Shown piece after piece: positions 20,232-29,394 of a DNA stretch of 64,000 nucleotides. The notes beneath the pieces are model-generated. The model was not told the origin of the DNA. It was given only the letters and a program-made list of their open reading frames with translations, and made no database searches. Within the stretch, counting starts at the first letter, position 1, and each line of letters begins with the position of its first letter. The stretch spans positions 672,001-736,000 of the forward strand of contig CAVVLO010000002.1 of assembly GCA_963749155.1 (NCBI GenBank). The letters run 5' to 3'. This DNA is from an uncultured Armatimonadia bacterium. Its GTDB lineage: Bacteria > Armatimonadota > Zipacnadia > CAVVLO01. The position numbers and the translations under genes were made by a program.

Positions 20232-20441
20232 ATGGACTTCAACTTTACCGAACTCGAACAGCGCGCCGGTGGTCGCTTCGAGCTCGTGCTGGCGCTGGCT
20301 GACAGAGCGCGCAAAATCAAACTGGGCGCTCCGCCGATGGTCGATGAGGCCGTCGTAGGCTCGCGCAATCCGCTTACCATTGCCATGGCTGAGCTAGCCC
20401 TTGGCAAGATCACCATCCGTCGTAGTGGCGACACCCTTTAA
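20232..20441 (+). CDS. rpoZ: RNA polymerase subunit omega
   Basis: RFELVLALADRARKI...NPLTIAMAELALGKI. Confidence 0.88.
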   Translation: MDFNFTELEQRAGGRFELVLALADRARKIKLGAPPMVDEAVVGSRNPLTIAMAELALGKITIRRSGDTL

Positions 20442-20456
20442 CCACCCCTGCCGCAT

Positions 20457-21593
20457 ATGAGAACGACTCGGGACTACTATGAGATACTGGGAGTGGCCCG
20501 GGACGCGACCACCGAGGACTTGAAGCGCGCCTTCCGGAAGAAGGCGATGGAATGCCACCCCGACCGCAATCAGGATGATCCTGAGGCAGAAGGGCGCTTC
20601 AAGGAACTCAACCTCGCCTACCAGGTGCTTTCCGATACCGACAAGCGCGCTCGCTATGACCAATTTGGCGAAGCGGGCGTGTCCGGCAATGGCACAGGGG
20701 GAGGTTTTGATCCAAACGGTGGCGGCTTCGACTTCGGCTTCGGCGATCTGGGCGATGTGTTTGAGGCCTTCTTCGGCGGTCAGCAGCGCACCAGCGGTCC
20801 CCAGCCTGGCGCCTCGCTTCAGTATGAAGTCGAGCTGTCTCTCGAAGAAAGCCGCTTCGGGTGCGAGCGCACCCTGGCCTTCTCGCGCCTTGGGCGCTGC
20901 GCGGTCTGCGAGGGCACAGGTTCGGAAAGCAAATCCGGCCCTGCCGTCTGCACGATGTGCGCGGGCACTGGACGCGTGCGGCAGACTCAAAACACCTTCT
21001 TCGGCCAGTTCAACACCGCGCGGCCTTGTCCCCGATGTCGCGGCACCGGTCGCACAGTGACCGATCCCTGCCCCTCCTGTGAGGGCAGCGGGCTCAAGAG
21101 CGAGGACATCAAGCTCAAGCTCGATATTCCCGAAGGCTCGCTCGAAGGGCAGAAGCTGCGCCTGCGCGGCGAGGGCGATGCGGGGGAACAGGGGATGCCA
21201 GCCGGCGATTTGTTCGTCCTGTTGCGCTTCAAACCCCATGAGCTGTTCGAGCGACATAATCTGGACCTGCATATGGAGCTACCCCTCTCGGCTCTCGATG
21301 CAATGCTTGGCACCGAGCTGCAGGTGCCGACACTTGAAGGCGAAGAGAAGCTGGACATCCGCGCCGGGACCCAGCCGGCCGATGTGTTTCGCATCAAGCA
21401 GAAGGGCCTGTATGACGGCTCGCGCAATCGCAAGGGTGACCTTTACATTCATGCGAAAGTGGTCATCCCTCGCAAGCTGAGTAAAGAAGACCGCCAGCAG
21501 CTCGAAGCCTTGCGCGACAAGCTCGAAGGGGACCATGAGCCTGAGAAGGCCTCCTTCCTCGAGCGGATCAAGCAGATGATGGGAGGGCGCTGA
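20457..21593 (+). CDS. dnaJ: Chaperone DnaJ (class A)
   Basis: J domain with HPD, G/F-rich region, four CxxCxGxG repeats. Confidence 0.97.
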   Translation: MRTTRDYYEILGVARDATTEDLKRAFRKKAMECHPDRNQDDPEAEGRFKELNLAYQVLSDTDKRARYDQFGEAGVSGNGTGGGFDPNGGGFDFGFGDLGDVFEAFFGGQQRTSGPQPGASLQYEVELSLEESRFGCERTLAFSRLGRCAVCEGTGSESKSGPAVCTMCAGTGRVRQTQNTFFGQFNTARPCPRCRGTGRTVTDPCPSCEGSGLKSEDIKLKLDIPEGSLEGQKLRLRGEGDAGEQGMPAGDLFVLLRFKPHELFERHNLDLHMELPLSALDAMLGTELQVPTLEGEEKLDIRAGTQPADVFRIKQKGLYDGSRNRKGDLYIHAKVVIPRKLSKEDRQQLEALRDKLEGDHEPEKASFLERIKQMMGGR

Positions 21594-21594
21594 G

Positions 21595-22476
21595 GTGGAT
21601 ACACGCTCCTGGGCGAAGCTTTCACTTATTGGGCCAGCCGCCGCGCTTGAACCGCTGGAAGGGTTGCTCGCCAAATATGATATGAACGCAACCCAGGTTA
21701 TCTTTGAGGACGACCGGGTGCGCCTGGATTGTTATCTATACACCGATGAACTGAACTCCGATTTGGCAATTGCTATCGGAGGAGACCTGAACTACTTCCC
21801 CACACTTTTCCCCGAACTGCCTGCGGAATATGAACTGAAGCAGGAAGAGCTGGGCCCCCAGCCTGACTGGGCGCTGGCCTGGCGCGATTTCTACGAGCCT
21901 ATCGAAATTGGCAGGCTTCAGGTAGTGCCAAGCTGGCTGGCGGACGAGACACCGGAAATCGAAGGCGGCACCAGGTTGATACTCGATCCGGGACGCGCTT
22001 TCGGCACTGGTCGGCATGAGAGCACCAAACTGCTGCTCGGACTGCTCCAGGAGCAAGACCTGGCAGGCAAGCGCGTGCTGGACTTGGGCACTGGGTCGGC
22101 TATTCTGGCGCTGGCCGCGGCCAGGCTGGGCGCAGGAAAAATTGTCGGCACCGAGATTGATCCCGAAGCCGTTGAAGTGGCTGAAGAGAATGTAAAGCAG
22201 TCCGGCCTTGGCGAACAGATAACTCTACTGACTGGAAGCCTCTTCGAAGGCGTCGAAGGGCGCTTCGACCTCATCCTCTGCAATATCCTCGCCCCGGTAG
22301 TAATTGAAGCCGCAGGGCAAGCGGCGCGCTACCTGGCGCCAGGAGGATTGTTCTTCGGCTCGGGTTTTTACGAGGCGGACTCAGCCCCTGTCATCGAAGC
22401 GCTGCAGGCCTCCGGCTTCGAGGTGAAGGTTGTCACCCTGGGCGAGTGGGCGGCTATCTCGGCAAAACTCGATTGA
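21595..22476 (+). CDS. prmA: Ribosomal protein L11 methyltransferase
   Basis: DPGRAFGTGRHEST, VLDLGTGSAIL, CNILA; follows dnaJ. Confidence 0.93.
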   Translation: MDTRSWAKLSLIGPAAALEPLEGLLAKYDMNATQVIFEDDRVRLDCYLYTDELNSDLAIAIGGDLNYFPTLFPELPAEYELKQEELGPQPDWALAWRDFYEPIEIGRLQVVPSWLADETPEIEGGTRLILDPGRAFGTGRHESTKLLLGLLQEQDLAGKRVLDLGTGSAILALAAARLGAGKIVGTEIDPEAVEVAEENVKQSGLGEQITLLTGSLFEGVEGRFDLILCNILAPVVIEAAGQAARYLAPGGLFFGSGFYEADSAPVIEALQASGFEVKVVTLGEWAAISAKLD

Positions 22477-22503
22477 TCCCTTCCCAAAAGACCTCCTCTC
22501 CTG

Positions 22504-22530
22504 GCAGGAGGACTCCGACTTCGGGCGAAA
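22504..22530 (+). promoter_or_regulatory. SigH-like promoter motif upstream of the BMC operon
   Basis: GCAGGA-N17-GAAA, 57 bp before ATG 22588. Confidence 0.55.
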
Positions 22531-22587
22531 GACTGTCTTCCTGAAGCATTAAGGGTGCAAAGACTGGTTTGGAAGAAGGAGCCTCCA

Positions 22588-23382
22588 ATGAAACTGGCTT
22601 GTCAGGAAGGATTGGTACCTGGTACCAGCCTCAAGGAAAAGTGCGAAAATCTGGCAGCCTGGGGCTACAAGGGCATCGAGTTTGGCGGGGGAGGCCTGGC
22701 CGAGCGAGTGGGCGAAGTCAATGCCGCCTGCGATGCGGCAGGCATCAGAGCTTGTTCTATCTGCTCTGGTTATCCAGGGGTGCTGCTTTCGGACCGGGCC
22801 GATGAGCGTAAACTGGCAGTCGATGGCATAAAGGCTTTGTTTAAGGTAGCCGCCGATATCGGCGCGGTGGGAGTCATCGTCGTGCCGCTCTTCGGAGGGC
22901 CAAAACTGCCTGACCTCTCTCCCTTGATGGGCGTACTCGAAGCCGAAACTCAGCTTCTAATCAAGCTATGCGAGCAGCTAGCCCCGACAGCCGAGGATGC
23001 CGGTGTCTGCCTGCTGCTGGAGCCTCTCAACCGGTATGAGACCCATTTCATCAACAGGCTCGAGCAGGCCGTGGCTATCTGCGAAGCCGTGCCAAGCCCT
23101 GGTATACAACTTATGGCAGACTTCTTCCATATGAGCGTCGAAGAACGCGACATCCCCGCGGCTATCGAAGGCGCAGGGGCTTTTGTAAAGCATGTGCATC
23201 TGGCCGAAAGCACCAGGCTCTTCCCCAATCCGGAATACGGCCACACTGATTTCAAGGCGGGATTTGCGGCTTTAAAGGAAGCCGGCTTCGAAAACTATAT
23301 GGCAATCGAATGCATACCCACTGGCAAGGACCGCGCGACCGAACTCAAGGCCACTGCGGCTTATCTGAATTCCTGCATATAA
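22588..23382 (+). CDS. Sugar (phosphate) isomerase/epimerase, AP-endonuclease-2 TIM barrel, YcjR-like
   Basis: LEPLNRYE, ADFFHM, HVHLAE, AIEC metal-binding motifs. Confidence 0.9.
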   Translation: MKLACQEGLVPGTSLKEKCENLAAWGYKGIEFGGGGLAERVGEVNAACDAAGIRACSICSGYPGVLLSDRADERKLAVDGIKALFKVAADIGAVGVIVVPLFGGPKLPDLSPLMGVLEAETQLLIKLCEQLAPTAEDAGVCLLLEPLNRYETHFINRLEQAVAICEAVPSPGIQLMADFFHMSVEERDIPAAIEGAGAFVKHVHLAESTRLFPNPEYGHTDFKAGFAALKEAGFENYMAIECIPTGKDRATELKATAAYLNSCI

Positions 23383-23400
23383 GCAAGGGAGGCAGGCGTT

Positions 23401-24372
23401 ATGACAGTGCGTGTTGGTTTTGTGGGATGCGGAGGGATGAACTCCGCACATATGCGGTCGCTGGCTCGGCTGGAGTCGGCCCAGCTTGTGGCCTTCTCCG
23501 ACCCGGACCTGGCCAGGGCGCAGTCCAAAGCTGAGGAGTTCGACGGCAGAGCTTACGAAAGCCATGAGGCGATGCTGGAAGCTGAAGCCCTGGACGCTAT
23601 CTATGTTGCGGTGCCGCCCTTCGCTCACACGACTGCCGAGTTGATGGCGGCCGAAAAAGGCTGCGCGGTCTTCGTCGAGAAGCCTATCGCAACTACCCTG
23701 GAGAAGGCGCTCGAGATAAACGAAGGGCTCAAAAAGGCCAGCGTCGTCACCCAGGTCGGCTACCACTGGCGCTGGTTCGACACTACCGAGCAGGCGGCTG
23801 CTCTGCTTCCCAAAGACCAGGTGCATATGGCGCTCGGTTACTGGAATGGCGGCTTCCCCGGGGTTGCCTGGTGGAGGGTACTTGCCGAGTCGGGCGGGCA
23901 GTTCGTCGAGCAGACGACTCACATCTTTGACCTGGCGCGCTATCTGGTCGGCGAAGTAAAACAGGTAGGCGCCTTCGCGACCTTGCGCGCAATGAAAGAC
24001 ACGCCCAATATGGACGTGCCCGATGTCGGTGTGGCAACGCTGGAGTTCGAATCGGGCGCCATCGGCACGGTAATGAACACTTGCGCACTTATGCAAGGCC
24101 ATAAAGTGGGCCTGGCGCTGGTTGGACACGATTTGGTGGTCGAGCACAACGCCGGCCAGTTGCTGGTCATCAAACCCGATGGCAGGGAAGAAGTCACGCC
24201 GACAGTAAATCCCGTCGAGCGCGAAGATGAAGTCTTCATCCAGGCTGTAAAGACTGGAGATACGAGCGCCATCCGCTCGAGCTATGAGGACGGCGTGAAG
24301 AGCCTGGCTGTCTCACTGGCCGTGAATGAAGCCTGGCAGAAGGGCAAAGTCGTCGAGGTACCCCGTATCTAG
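23401..24372 (+). CDS. Gfo/Idh/MocA family oxidoreductase
   Basis: VGCGG, VPPFAH, VEKP, SGGQFVEQTTHIFD. Confidence 0.92.
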   Translation: MTVRVGFVGCGGMNSAHMRSLARLESAQLVAFSDPDLARAQSKAEEFDGRAYESHEAMLEAEALDAIYVAVPPFAHTTAELMAAEKGCAVFVEKPIATTLEKALEINEGLKKASVVTQVGYHWRWFDTTEQAAALLPKDQVHMALGYWNGGFPGVAWWRVLAESGGQFVEQTTHIFDLARYLVGEVKQVGAFATLRAMKDTPNMDVPDVGVATLEFESGAIGTVMNTCALMQGHKVGLALVGHDLVVEHNAGQLLVIKPDGREEVTPTVNPVEREDEVFIQAVKTGDTSAIRSSYEDGVKSLAVSLAVNEAWQKGKVVEVPRI

Positions 24373-24420
24373 TTACCGAGCGACAATATCGCTTGTATAA
24401 ACCCACTGGAGGAATTGCGA

Positions 24421-25398
24421 ATGGCACTAAGAGTAGGGATGATTGGTTGCGGCGGGATCGCCGAGGCGCACTTGAACACCTTGAAAGGACTGGAAGATGC
24501 AAACCTGGTGGCCTTCCAGGATATCGACGGCGCGAAGGCTGCGCGCTTTGCCGAGCTTGCTGGCCAGGGCAACGTCTACAGCGACTACCGTGAGATGTAC
24601 GACAAGGAAGCCCTCGACGCCGTCTGGGTCTGCGTGCCTCCCTTTGCCCACGAAGATCAGGAGCTTATCGCCTGCGAGAAGGGCATCCCCTTCTTCTGCG
24701 AAAAGCCCGTTGCGCTTACAATGGGCAAGGCGCGCGAGGTAGAAGCGGCCGTCGAGAAGGCAGGGCTTATCACCGGCGCAGGTTATCTGGTGCGTTATAT
24801 GGACACCGCGGCCAAGGTGAAAGAGCTTATCGAAGGCAAGCAAATCGATATGTTCGAGGGCCATTTCTCCGGAGGCTTCCCCGGCGTGTACTGGTGGCGG
24901 CGGATGGAATTATCCGGCGGTCAGTTTGTCGAGCAGACCACTCACATAGTCGATATCTTGCGGTATTTCCTGGGTGATGTAGAGCGCGTTTCGGCCTTTA
25001 TGGCCCAGCGCGATATGGAAGATATTGAGAATATCAATATCCCCACCGTAGGCACCGTGGGGCTTGAGCTCAAATCCGGCGCAGTTGGCGCAGTTCATAA
25101 CACCTGCATCGTATCGCAGGGCTATAAAGTAGGCGCTACCCTCCTTGCGCGCGACCTGGTGGTCGAGTATACTTACACGCGAGTGACTTGGCGCACCCCG
25201 GATGCAAGCGGAGAGTTCACCTGTGACTTCGACGGGATGGTGCGAGAGGACGCTGCTTTCCTCAAAGCCATCCAGACTGGTGACGCTTCGCTAGTCAAGT
25301 CTACATACTCGGACGCCGTTAAGACACTGGCGGTAACCCTGGCAGCCAATGCTTCCGCCGAGAGCAAGCAGGTAGTATCGGTGGACAGCTTCGGCTGA
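24421..25398 (+). CDS. Gfo/Idh/MocA family oxidoreductase (paralogue of upstream gene)
   Basis: IGCGGIA, VPPFAH, CEKP, SGGQFVEQTTHIVD. Confidence 0.92.
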   Translation: MALRVGMIGCGGIAEAHLNTLKGLEDANLVAFQDIDGAKAARFAELAGQGNVYSDYREMYDKEALDAVWVCVPPFAHEDQELIACEKGIPFFCEKPVALTMGKAREVEAAVEKAGLITGAGYLVRYMDTAAKVKELIEGKQIDMFEGHFSGGFPGVYWWRRMELSGGQFVEQTTHIVDILRYFLGDVERVSAFMAQRDMEDIENINIPTVGTVGLELKSGAVGAVHNTCIVSQGYKVGATLLARDLVVEYTYTRVTWRTPDASGEFTCDFDGMVREDAAFLKAIQTGDASLVKSTYSDAVKTLAVTLAANASAESKQVVSVDSFG

Positions 25399-25418
25399 CC
25401 TGTCTGGAAGGAACACAA

Positions 25419-26243
25419 ATGAGTCGCGCATGTTCGCTTGTTGACGAGAAACAGCTGCGGGCGCAGATATGTGAACTCGGTCATCGGCTCTGGCAGCGTG
25501 AATATGTGGCCAGTAATGACGGCAATATCTCCGTCATTATGAGCCCGGACACGGTGCTTTGCACCCCCACTGGCGTCAGCAAGGGGTTTATGACGCCCGA
25601 TATGCTCATCAAGATAGACCGTCAGGGCAAAAAGCTTGATGGCTATCTCAATCCCTCCTCCGAGATAAAGATGCACCTGAGGGTTTTTGATGAGCGACCT
25701 GACATATGCGCCGTCATCCACGCACATCCACCGACCGCAACAGGTTTCGCCGTGGCCGGGGTACCACTTACCAATATGGTGCTGCCCGAGATCATCATCA
25801 CGCTGAAGGCCATCCCGCTTGCCAAATATGGGACCCCTTCGACGCCGGAGATCCCGGATGCGCTGATGCCCTTCCTGCAGGAATATGATGCTTTCCTGCT
25901 GGAGAACCACGGGGCGCTCACTCTCGGCAGAGACCTGCTTGATGCCTATCACAAGATGGAGCAGGTAGAAGGCTTTGCGCGCATCTCGCTGACTGCGCGT
26001 TTGCTCGGTTCAGAGCGCGCGCTGCCCGACCAGGATGTGAACAGGTTGCTTGAGATGCGCCGGGACTGGGGTCTGGAAGAGCGGTCCGTGTGCGCAGCCT
26101 GCGGTGCATGTGATGCAGAAGCAAGCGTAGGCGATCTGAAGAAAGACCAGAAGCCCTCGGCTTCTCTTACCGACCCGGAGCTTCACAGTATTGTCCGGGC
26201 AGTTACTGAAGAGATTCTCAGCGAGTTGAACAAGTCTAAATAA
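25419..26243 (+). CDS. Class II aldolase (FucA/RhaD-like) with C-terminal encapsulation peptide
   Basis: DGNIS, TPTG, PSSEIKMH, HAHP, ENHG; C-terminal CAACGAC then helix ELHSIVRAVTEEILSEL. Confidence 0.93.
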   Translation: MSRACSLVDEKQLRAQICELGHRLWQREYVASNDGNISVIMSPDTVLCTPTGVSKGFMTPDMLIKIDRQGKKLDGYLNPSSEIKMHLRVFDERPDICAVIHAHPPTATGFAVAGVPLTNMVLPEIIITLKAIPLAKYGTPSTPEIPDALMPFLQEYDAFLLENHGALTLGRDLLDAYHKMEQVEGFARISLTARLLGSERALPDQDVNRLLEMRRDWGLEERSVCAACGACDAEASVGDLKKDQKPSASLTDPELHSIVRAVTEEILSELNKSK

Positions 26244-26264
26244 GCAAGACTAAGGTGAGTCAGG

Positions 26265-26645
26265 ATGGCAGGAATGCAAGAAGCTCTGGGGTTGCTTGAG
26301 ACTTTCGGTCTGGTGGCCGGCTTAGAGGGACTTGACGCGATGTTGAAGGCGGCCAAGGTGCGCTTGATCGCCTGCGAGTTCCCTGGCAGCGGTCGCGTAA
26401 CCATGATGGTAGTCGGTGATGTAGGAGCAGTTCAAGCGGCCCTTGACGCCGGCGCGGCCTCGGCAAAAAAGGTCAACGAAGTCGTTAGCTCGCATGTCAT
26501 ACCGCGCCCTGACGAGTTCACCGGCGACCTGGTAGCAATGTCCCGGCTGTACATACCCGACGAAGAGCCCTCGGGCGAAGACGCCGATGTTTCGCCTTCA
26601 CCCAAAGCTCCAGGTCGGCGCGGTGGCGGCGGCAGAAGCAAATAA
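26265..26645 (+). CDS. BMC hexamer shell protein (BMC-H) with C-terminal extension
   Basis: [13 protein letters not shown]...DAMLKAAKV...GDVGAVQAA...HVIPRP. Confidence 0.95.
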   Translation: MAGMQEALGLLETFGLVAGLEGLDAMLKAAKVRLIACEFPGSGRVTMMVVGDVGAVQAALDAGAASAKKVNEVVSSHVIPRPDEFTGDLVAMSRLYIPDEEPSGEDADVSPSPKAPGRRGGGGRSK

Positions 26646-26705
26646 TCAAAGTCGATTTCCCAGTTCGCGTCCAGCGGGCGGGAGTAATTCAAGGAGGTAC
26701 CGTCA

Positions 26706-26981
26706 ATGAACGGTGAAGCATTGGGTCTCATCGAAACTCGCGGTCTGGTTGGCGCCATTGAGGCTGCTGACGCTATGGTGAAGGCAGCTAACGTTACCCT
26801 CATCGGCAAGCAGCAGATTGGCGGCGGACTTGTCTCCGTGATGGTAAGAGGCGACGTAGGCGCCGTGAAAGCTGCTGTCGACGCGGGCGCTACCGCGGCC
26901 AAGAAAGTCGGCGAGCTGCTCTCCGTGCACGTTATTCCACGGCCACACGAGGAACTCAAGAAGATCCTGCCCGAGGGGTAA
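26706..26981 (+). CDS. BMC hexamer shell protein (PduA/EutM-like)
   Basis: [27 protein letters not shown]...IGGG...GDVGAVKAA...HVIPRPH; AAGGAGG RBS. Confidence 0.97.
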   Translation: MNGEALGLIETRGLVGAIEAADAMVKAANVTLIGKQQIGGGLVSVMVRGDVGAVKAAVDAGATAAKKVGELLSVHVIPRPHEELKKILPEG

Positions 26982-27013
26982 GTCTCTCTCAGGCTTGCGT
27001 CAGACTAGTTGAC

Positions 27014-27044
27014 AGGCCAGGCGGCTCGCCGAGCTGACTGGCCT
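27014..27044 (+). other. Intergenic hairpin after the major shell gene (possible mRNA stabiliser or partial terminator)
   Basis: AGGCCAG / CTGGCCT outer stem with inner GGCTCG-CGAGCT pairing; no U tract. Confidence 0.45.
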
Positions 27045-27081
27045 TCACTGGTCACCTCCTCGTAAGGGGCGTGGACCTGCG

Positions 27082-27747
27082 GTGCAAGAGCAAGAGCTAG
27101 TTCAGCTAATTGCCGAGCGCGTCCTCCAGCGGCTGAAGGAAAGAGACATCGAGGTTCATCAGGTGTCCCGTGACCGGATCCCGGTGGGCGTTTCTGTGCG
27201 GCACCTGCATATCACCAAAGAGGACTTCGCAGCCCTGTTTGGCGAAGGCGCAGAGCTCAAAGTGCGCAACTGGCTGTATCAGGAAGGCGAGTTCGCCTCT
27301 GATCAGACGGTCACCCTAGTGACCGCCCGGCGGTCGCTGCCAGGTGTGCGCATCCTGGGGCCCTTCCGCCCGAAAACTCAGGTCGAGGTCTGCAGGACCG
27401 ATGCCGTTATGCTCGGAGTAAATCCTCCTGTCAGAGTCTCGGTCAACGAGGCAGGCGGCGGTTCGCGAATCACTTTGGTGGGGCCTGAAGGCTCCATCGA
27501 TGTGGATGATGGTCTTGTGGTCGCGCGCAGGCATGTCCACTGCAATCCGACGGAAGCCGCCGCGCTGGGCATCAAAGAAGGCGACAGGCTGGATCTGGAA
27601 ATACTCTCCGACAGGCCTGTTGTACTGCGAGATGTTGTGGTCCGCACTGGCGAAAAACTCAAACTCCAGTTTCATGTGGATACTGACGAGGCGAATGCCG
27701 CCGATGTCAGATGCGATATGTTCGCCCGTATCGCCGAGGTGAGGTAA
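27082..27747 (+). CDS. pduL: Phosphate propanoyl/acyltransferase PduL with N-terminal encapsulation peptide
   Basis: GVSVRHLH, RILGPFR..TQVE, ARRHVHC, FHVDTDEANA. Confidence 0.95.
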   Translation: MQEQELVQLIAERVLQRLKERDIEVHQVSRDRIPVGVSVRHLHITKEDFAALFGEGAELKVRNWLYQEGEFASDQTVTLVTARRSLPGVRILGPFRPKTQVEVCRTDAVMLGVNPPVRVSVNEAGGGSRITLVGPEGSIDVDDGLVVARRHVHCNPTEAAALGIKEGDRLDLEILSDRPVVLRDVVVRTGEKLKLQFHVDTDEANAADVRCDMFARIAEVR

Positions 27748-27750
27748 CAA

Positions 27751-28047
27751 ATGAAACTCGGCAAGATTGTGGGTACTGTCGTGGCGACCCAGAAAAATGA
27801 GGCGCTCATTGGCGCCAAGTTGCTGGTCGTGCAAGACTTGAAACTCGATATTGCCCCTGCAAGTGGGTCGGTCGTCTGCGTGGACAGCGTTGGAGCAGGG
27901 ATCGGAGATGTTGTGCTTTATGTCTCCGGCAGCTCTGCCCGGCTTACCGAGGTCAGCAAGGACAGGCCGGTGGATGCCACTGTGATCGCAATCGTTGATA
28001 CAGTCGAGGTCGAGGGCCAGGTGGTCTTCTCCAAAGGGGCTTCCTGA
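27751..28047 (+). CDS. BMC vertex pentamer (EutN/CcmL family)
   Basis: MKLGKIVGTVVATQK...DSVGAGIGD...GSSAR...DATVIAIVD. Confidence 0.95.
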   Translation: MKLGKIVGTVVATQKNEALIGAKLLVVQDLKLDIAPASGSVVCVDSVGAGIGDVVLYVSGSSARLTEVSKDRPVDATVIAIVDTVEVEGQVVFSKGAS

Positions 28048-28328
28048 TGAAGCTGGCCAGAGTCGTGGGCAAGGTCGTTGCGACCATCAAAGACCCCGCG
28101 CTCGAGGGCCTTCCCCTGCTTATTATCCAGCCCCTGGACGAACACCTGACTGATCAGGGCGACTTCTTTGTTGCGATTGACCCTATCGGTACCCGCCAGG
28201 GCGATATTGTCTACTGGGAAAGCAGTCGCGAAGCGCCAGCCGCCGTACCGAGCGAGCCACCGGTTTCCGCCGCCATTGTTGGCCTGGTGGACGCCATCAA
28301 CCTTACCGTGCCAACCGAGGTTAAATGA
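28047..28328 (+). CDS. BMC vertex pentamer (EutN/CcmL family)
   Basis: MKLARVVGKVVATIKD...VAIDPIG...AAIVGLVD. Confidence 0.93.
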   Translation: MKLARVVGKVVATIKDPALEGLPLLIIQPLDEHLTDQGDFFVAIDPIGTRQGDIVYWESSREAPAAVPSEPPVSAAIVGLVDAINLTVPTEVK

Positions 28329-28600
28329 GACTGGCCAAGGTCATTGGCAATGTCGTCTCGACACACAAATTGCCCGTCTTCGAGGGGCGCAAGCTGATGC
28401 TTGTGAAACCTTGCAGGCCTGACTACTCGCTGACCGAAGAGGCCGTCGTAGCTATTGATATGGCAGGCGCGGGGCCAGGCGAGATCGTCGTACTGGCAGA
28501 AGAAGGCCGCGCTGTGGCCGACTTGTTAAACAACGGAAAGCGCGCCCCAGCCAGGTCGGTTATTATTGGGATCGTCGATAAAGTCCAGGATTCAGAATAA
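28325..28600 (+). CDS. BMC vertex pentamer (EutN/CcmL family)
   Basis: MRLAKVIGNVVSTHK...VAIDMAGAGPGE...SVIIGIVD. Confidence 0.93.
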   Translation: MRLAKVIGNVVSTHKLPVFEGRKLMLVKPCRPDYSLTEEAVVAIDMAGAGPGEIVVLAEEGRAVADLLNNGKRAPARSVIIGIVDKVQDSE

Positions 28601-29367
28601 TGCCACTCGATGAAGCTGTCGTTCAACAGATTGTAGAGGCCGTAATTGCCCAGCTCCAGGCCGCAGCCGGGACGCCCAAACGGCGCAAGCGCTCTACTGG
28701 CCCGACCGCCCTGCTGGTGGTCGACACCACTGGGCCTGCGCTCGAGGCTGCGCTGCCTGCCGTCAACACTCTGTTAAACGATACTTTGGCCTCCGCCGTG
28801 CTGGTGCCTTCGGGACGGCTTTCCGAGGCCCAGATAACTGACCTGAAGACCAAACTTGGACTCGATGAAGTCTGGGGGCCTGAGGCAGGTTGCCTGCGTT
28901 CGAAAGTGGCAGAGGTTTCAATCGTTGTTGGGGTCTCGCTTTCGGCCGCGCTCCTTGCCAGAACCGCACTGCTGCTTGTGGATGACCCGGCAGCGGAAGC
29001 TTTGCTGGAAGGCGTCTTCGCCGGCAAGCCAGTAATCGCAGCACTGGATGGCTGTGATCCGGAGGCCGCGCCCGTGCAGCTTCCCGCAAGACTGTTCAGG
29101 CGCTTCCAGGAGTACATCGCGGATTTGGATAGCTACGGGCTGAAGCTTTGCGCCGCCGCCGACCTGTCGAAGCAGGTGGTGGCAGCCTTGACCGGTGTGG
29201 CAACGCCGGGAGCGGCTTCAACTCCCGACCTGCTGACCGCCGAGGACGTGCGGCGTATCGCCGATGGCGGGGCCAAGCAGCTCGACATAAGCTCGCGTAC
29301 TATCGTCACTCCTCTCGCGCAGGATCTGGCCGATGAGCGAGGACTAAAGATAAAGGTTTCTGACTAG
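28600..29367 (+). CDS. BMC-associated flavoprotein-like (PduM/EutQ-N related) protein with encapsulation peptide
   Basis: N-terminal EAVVQQIVEAVIAQL; GKPVIAA..GCDP; C-terminal LLTAEDV...IVTPLAQD motif common in BMC loci. Confidence 0.7.
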   Translation: MPLDEAVVQQIVEAVIAQLQAAAGTPKRRKRSTGPTALLVVDTTGPALEAALPAVNTLLNDTLASAVLVPSGRLSEAQITDLKTKLGLDEVWGPEAGCLRSKVAEVSIVVGVSLSAALLARTALLLVDDPAAEALLEGVFAGKPVIAALDGCDPEAAPVQLPARLFRRFQEYIADLDSYGLKLCAAADLSKQVVAALTGVATPGAASTPDLLTAEDVRRIADGGAKQLDISSRTIVTPLAQDLADERGLKIKVSD

Positions 29368-29394
29368 CCAGTTACCCGCAAGGGGGATTATCCA

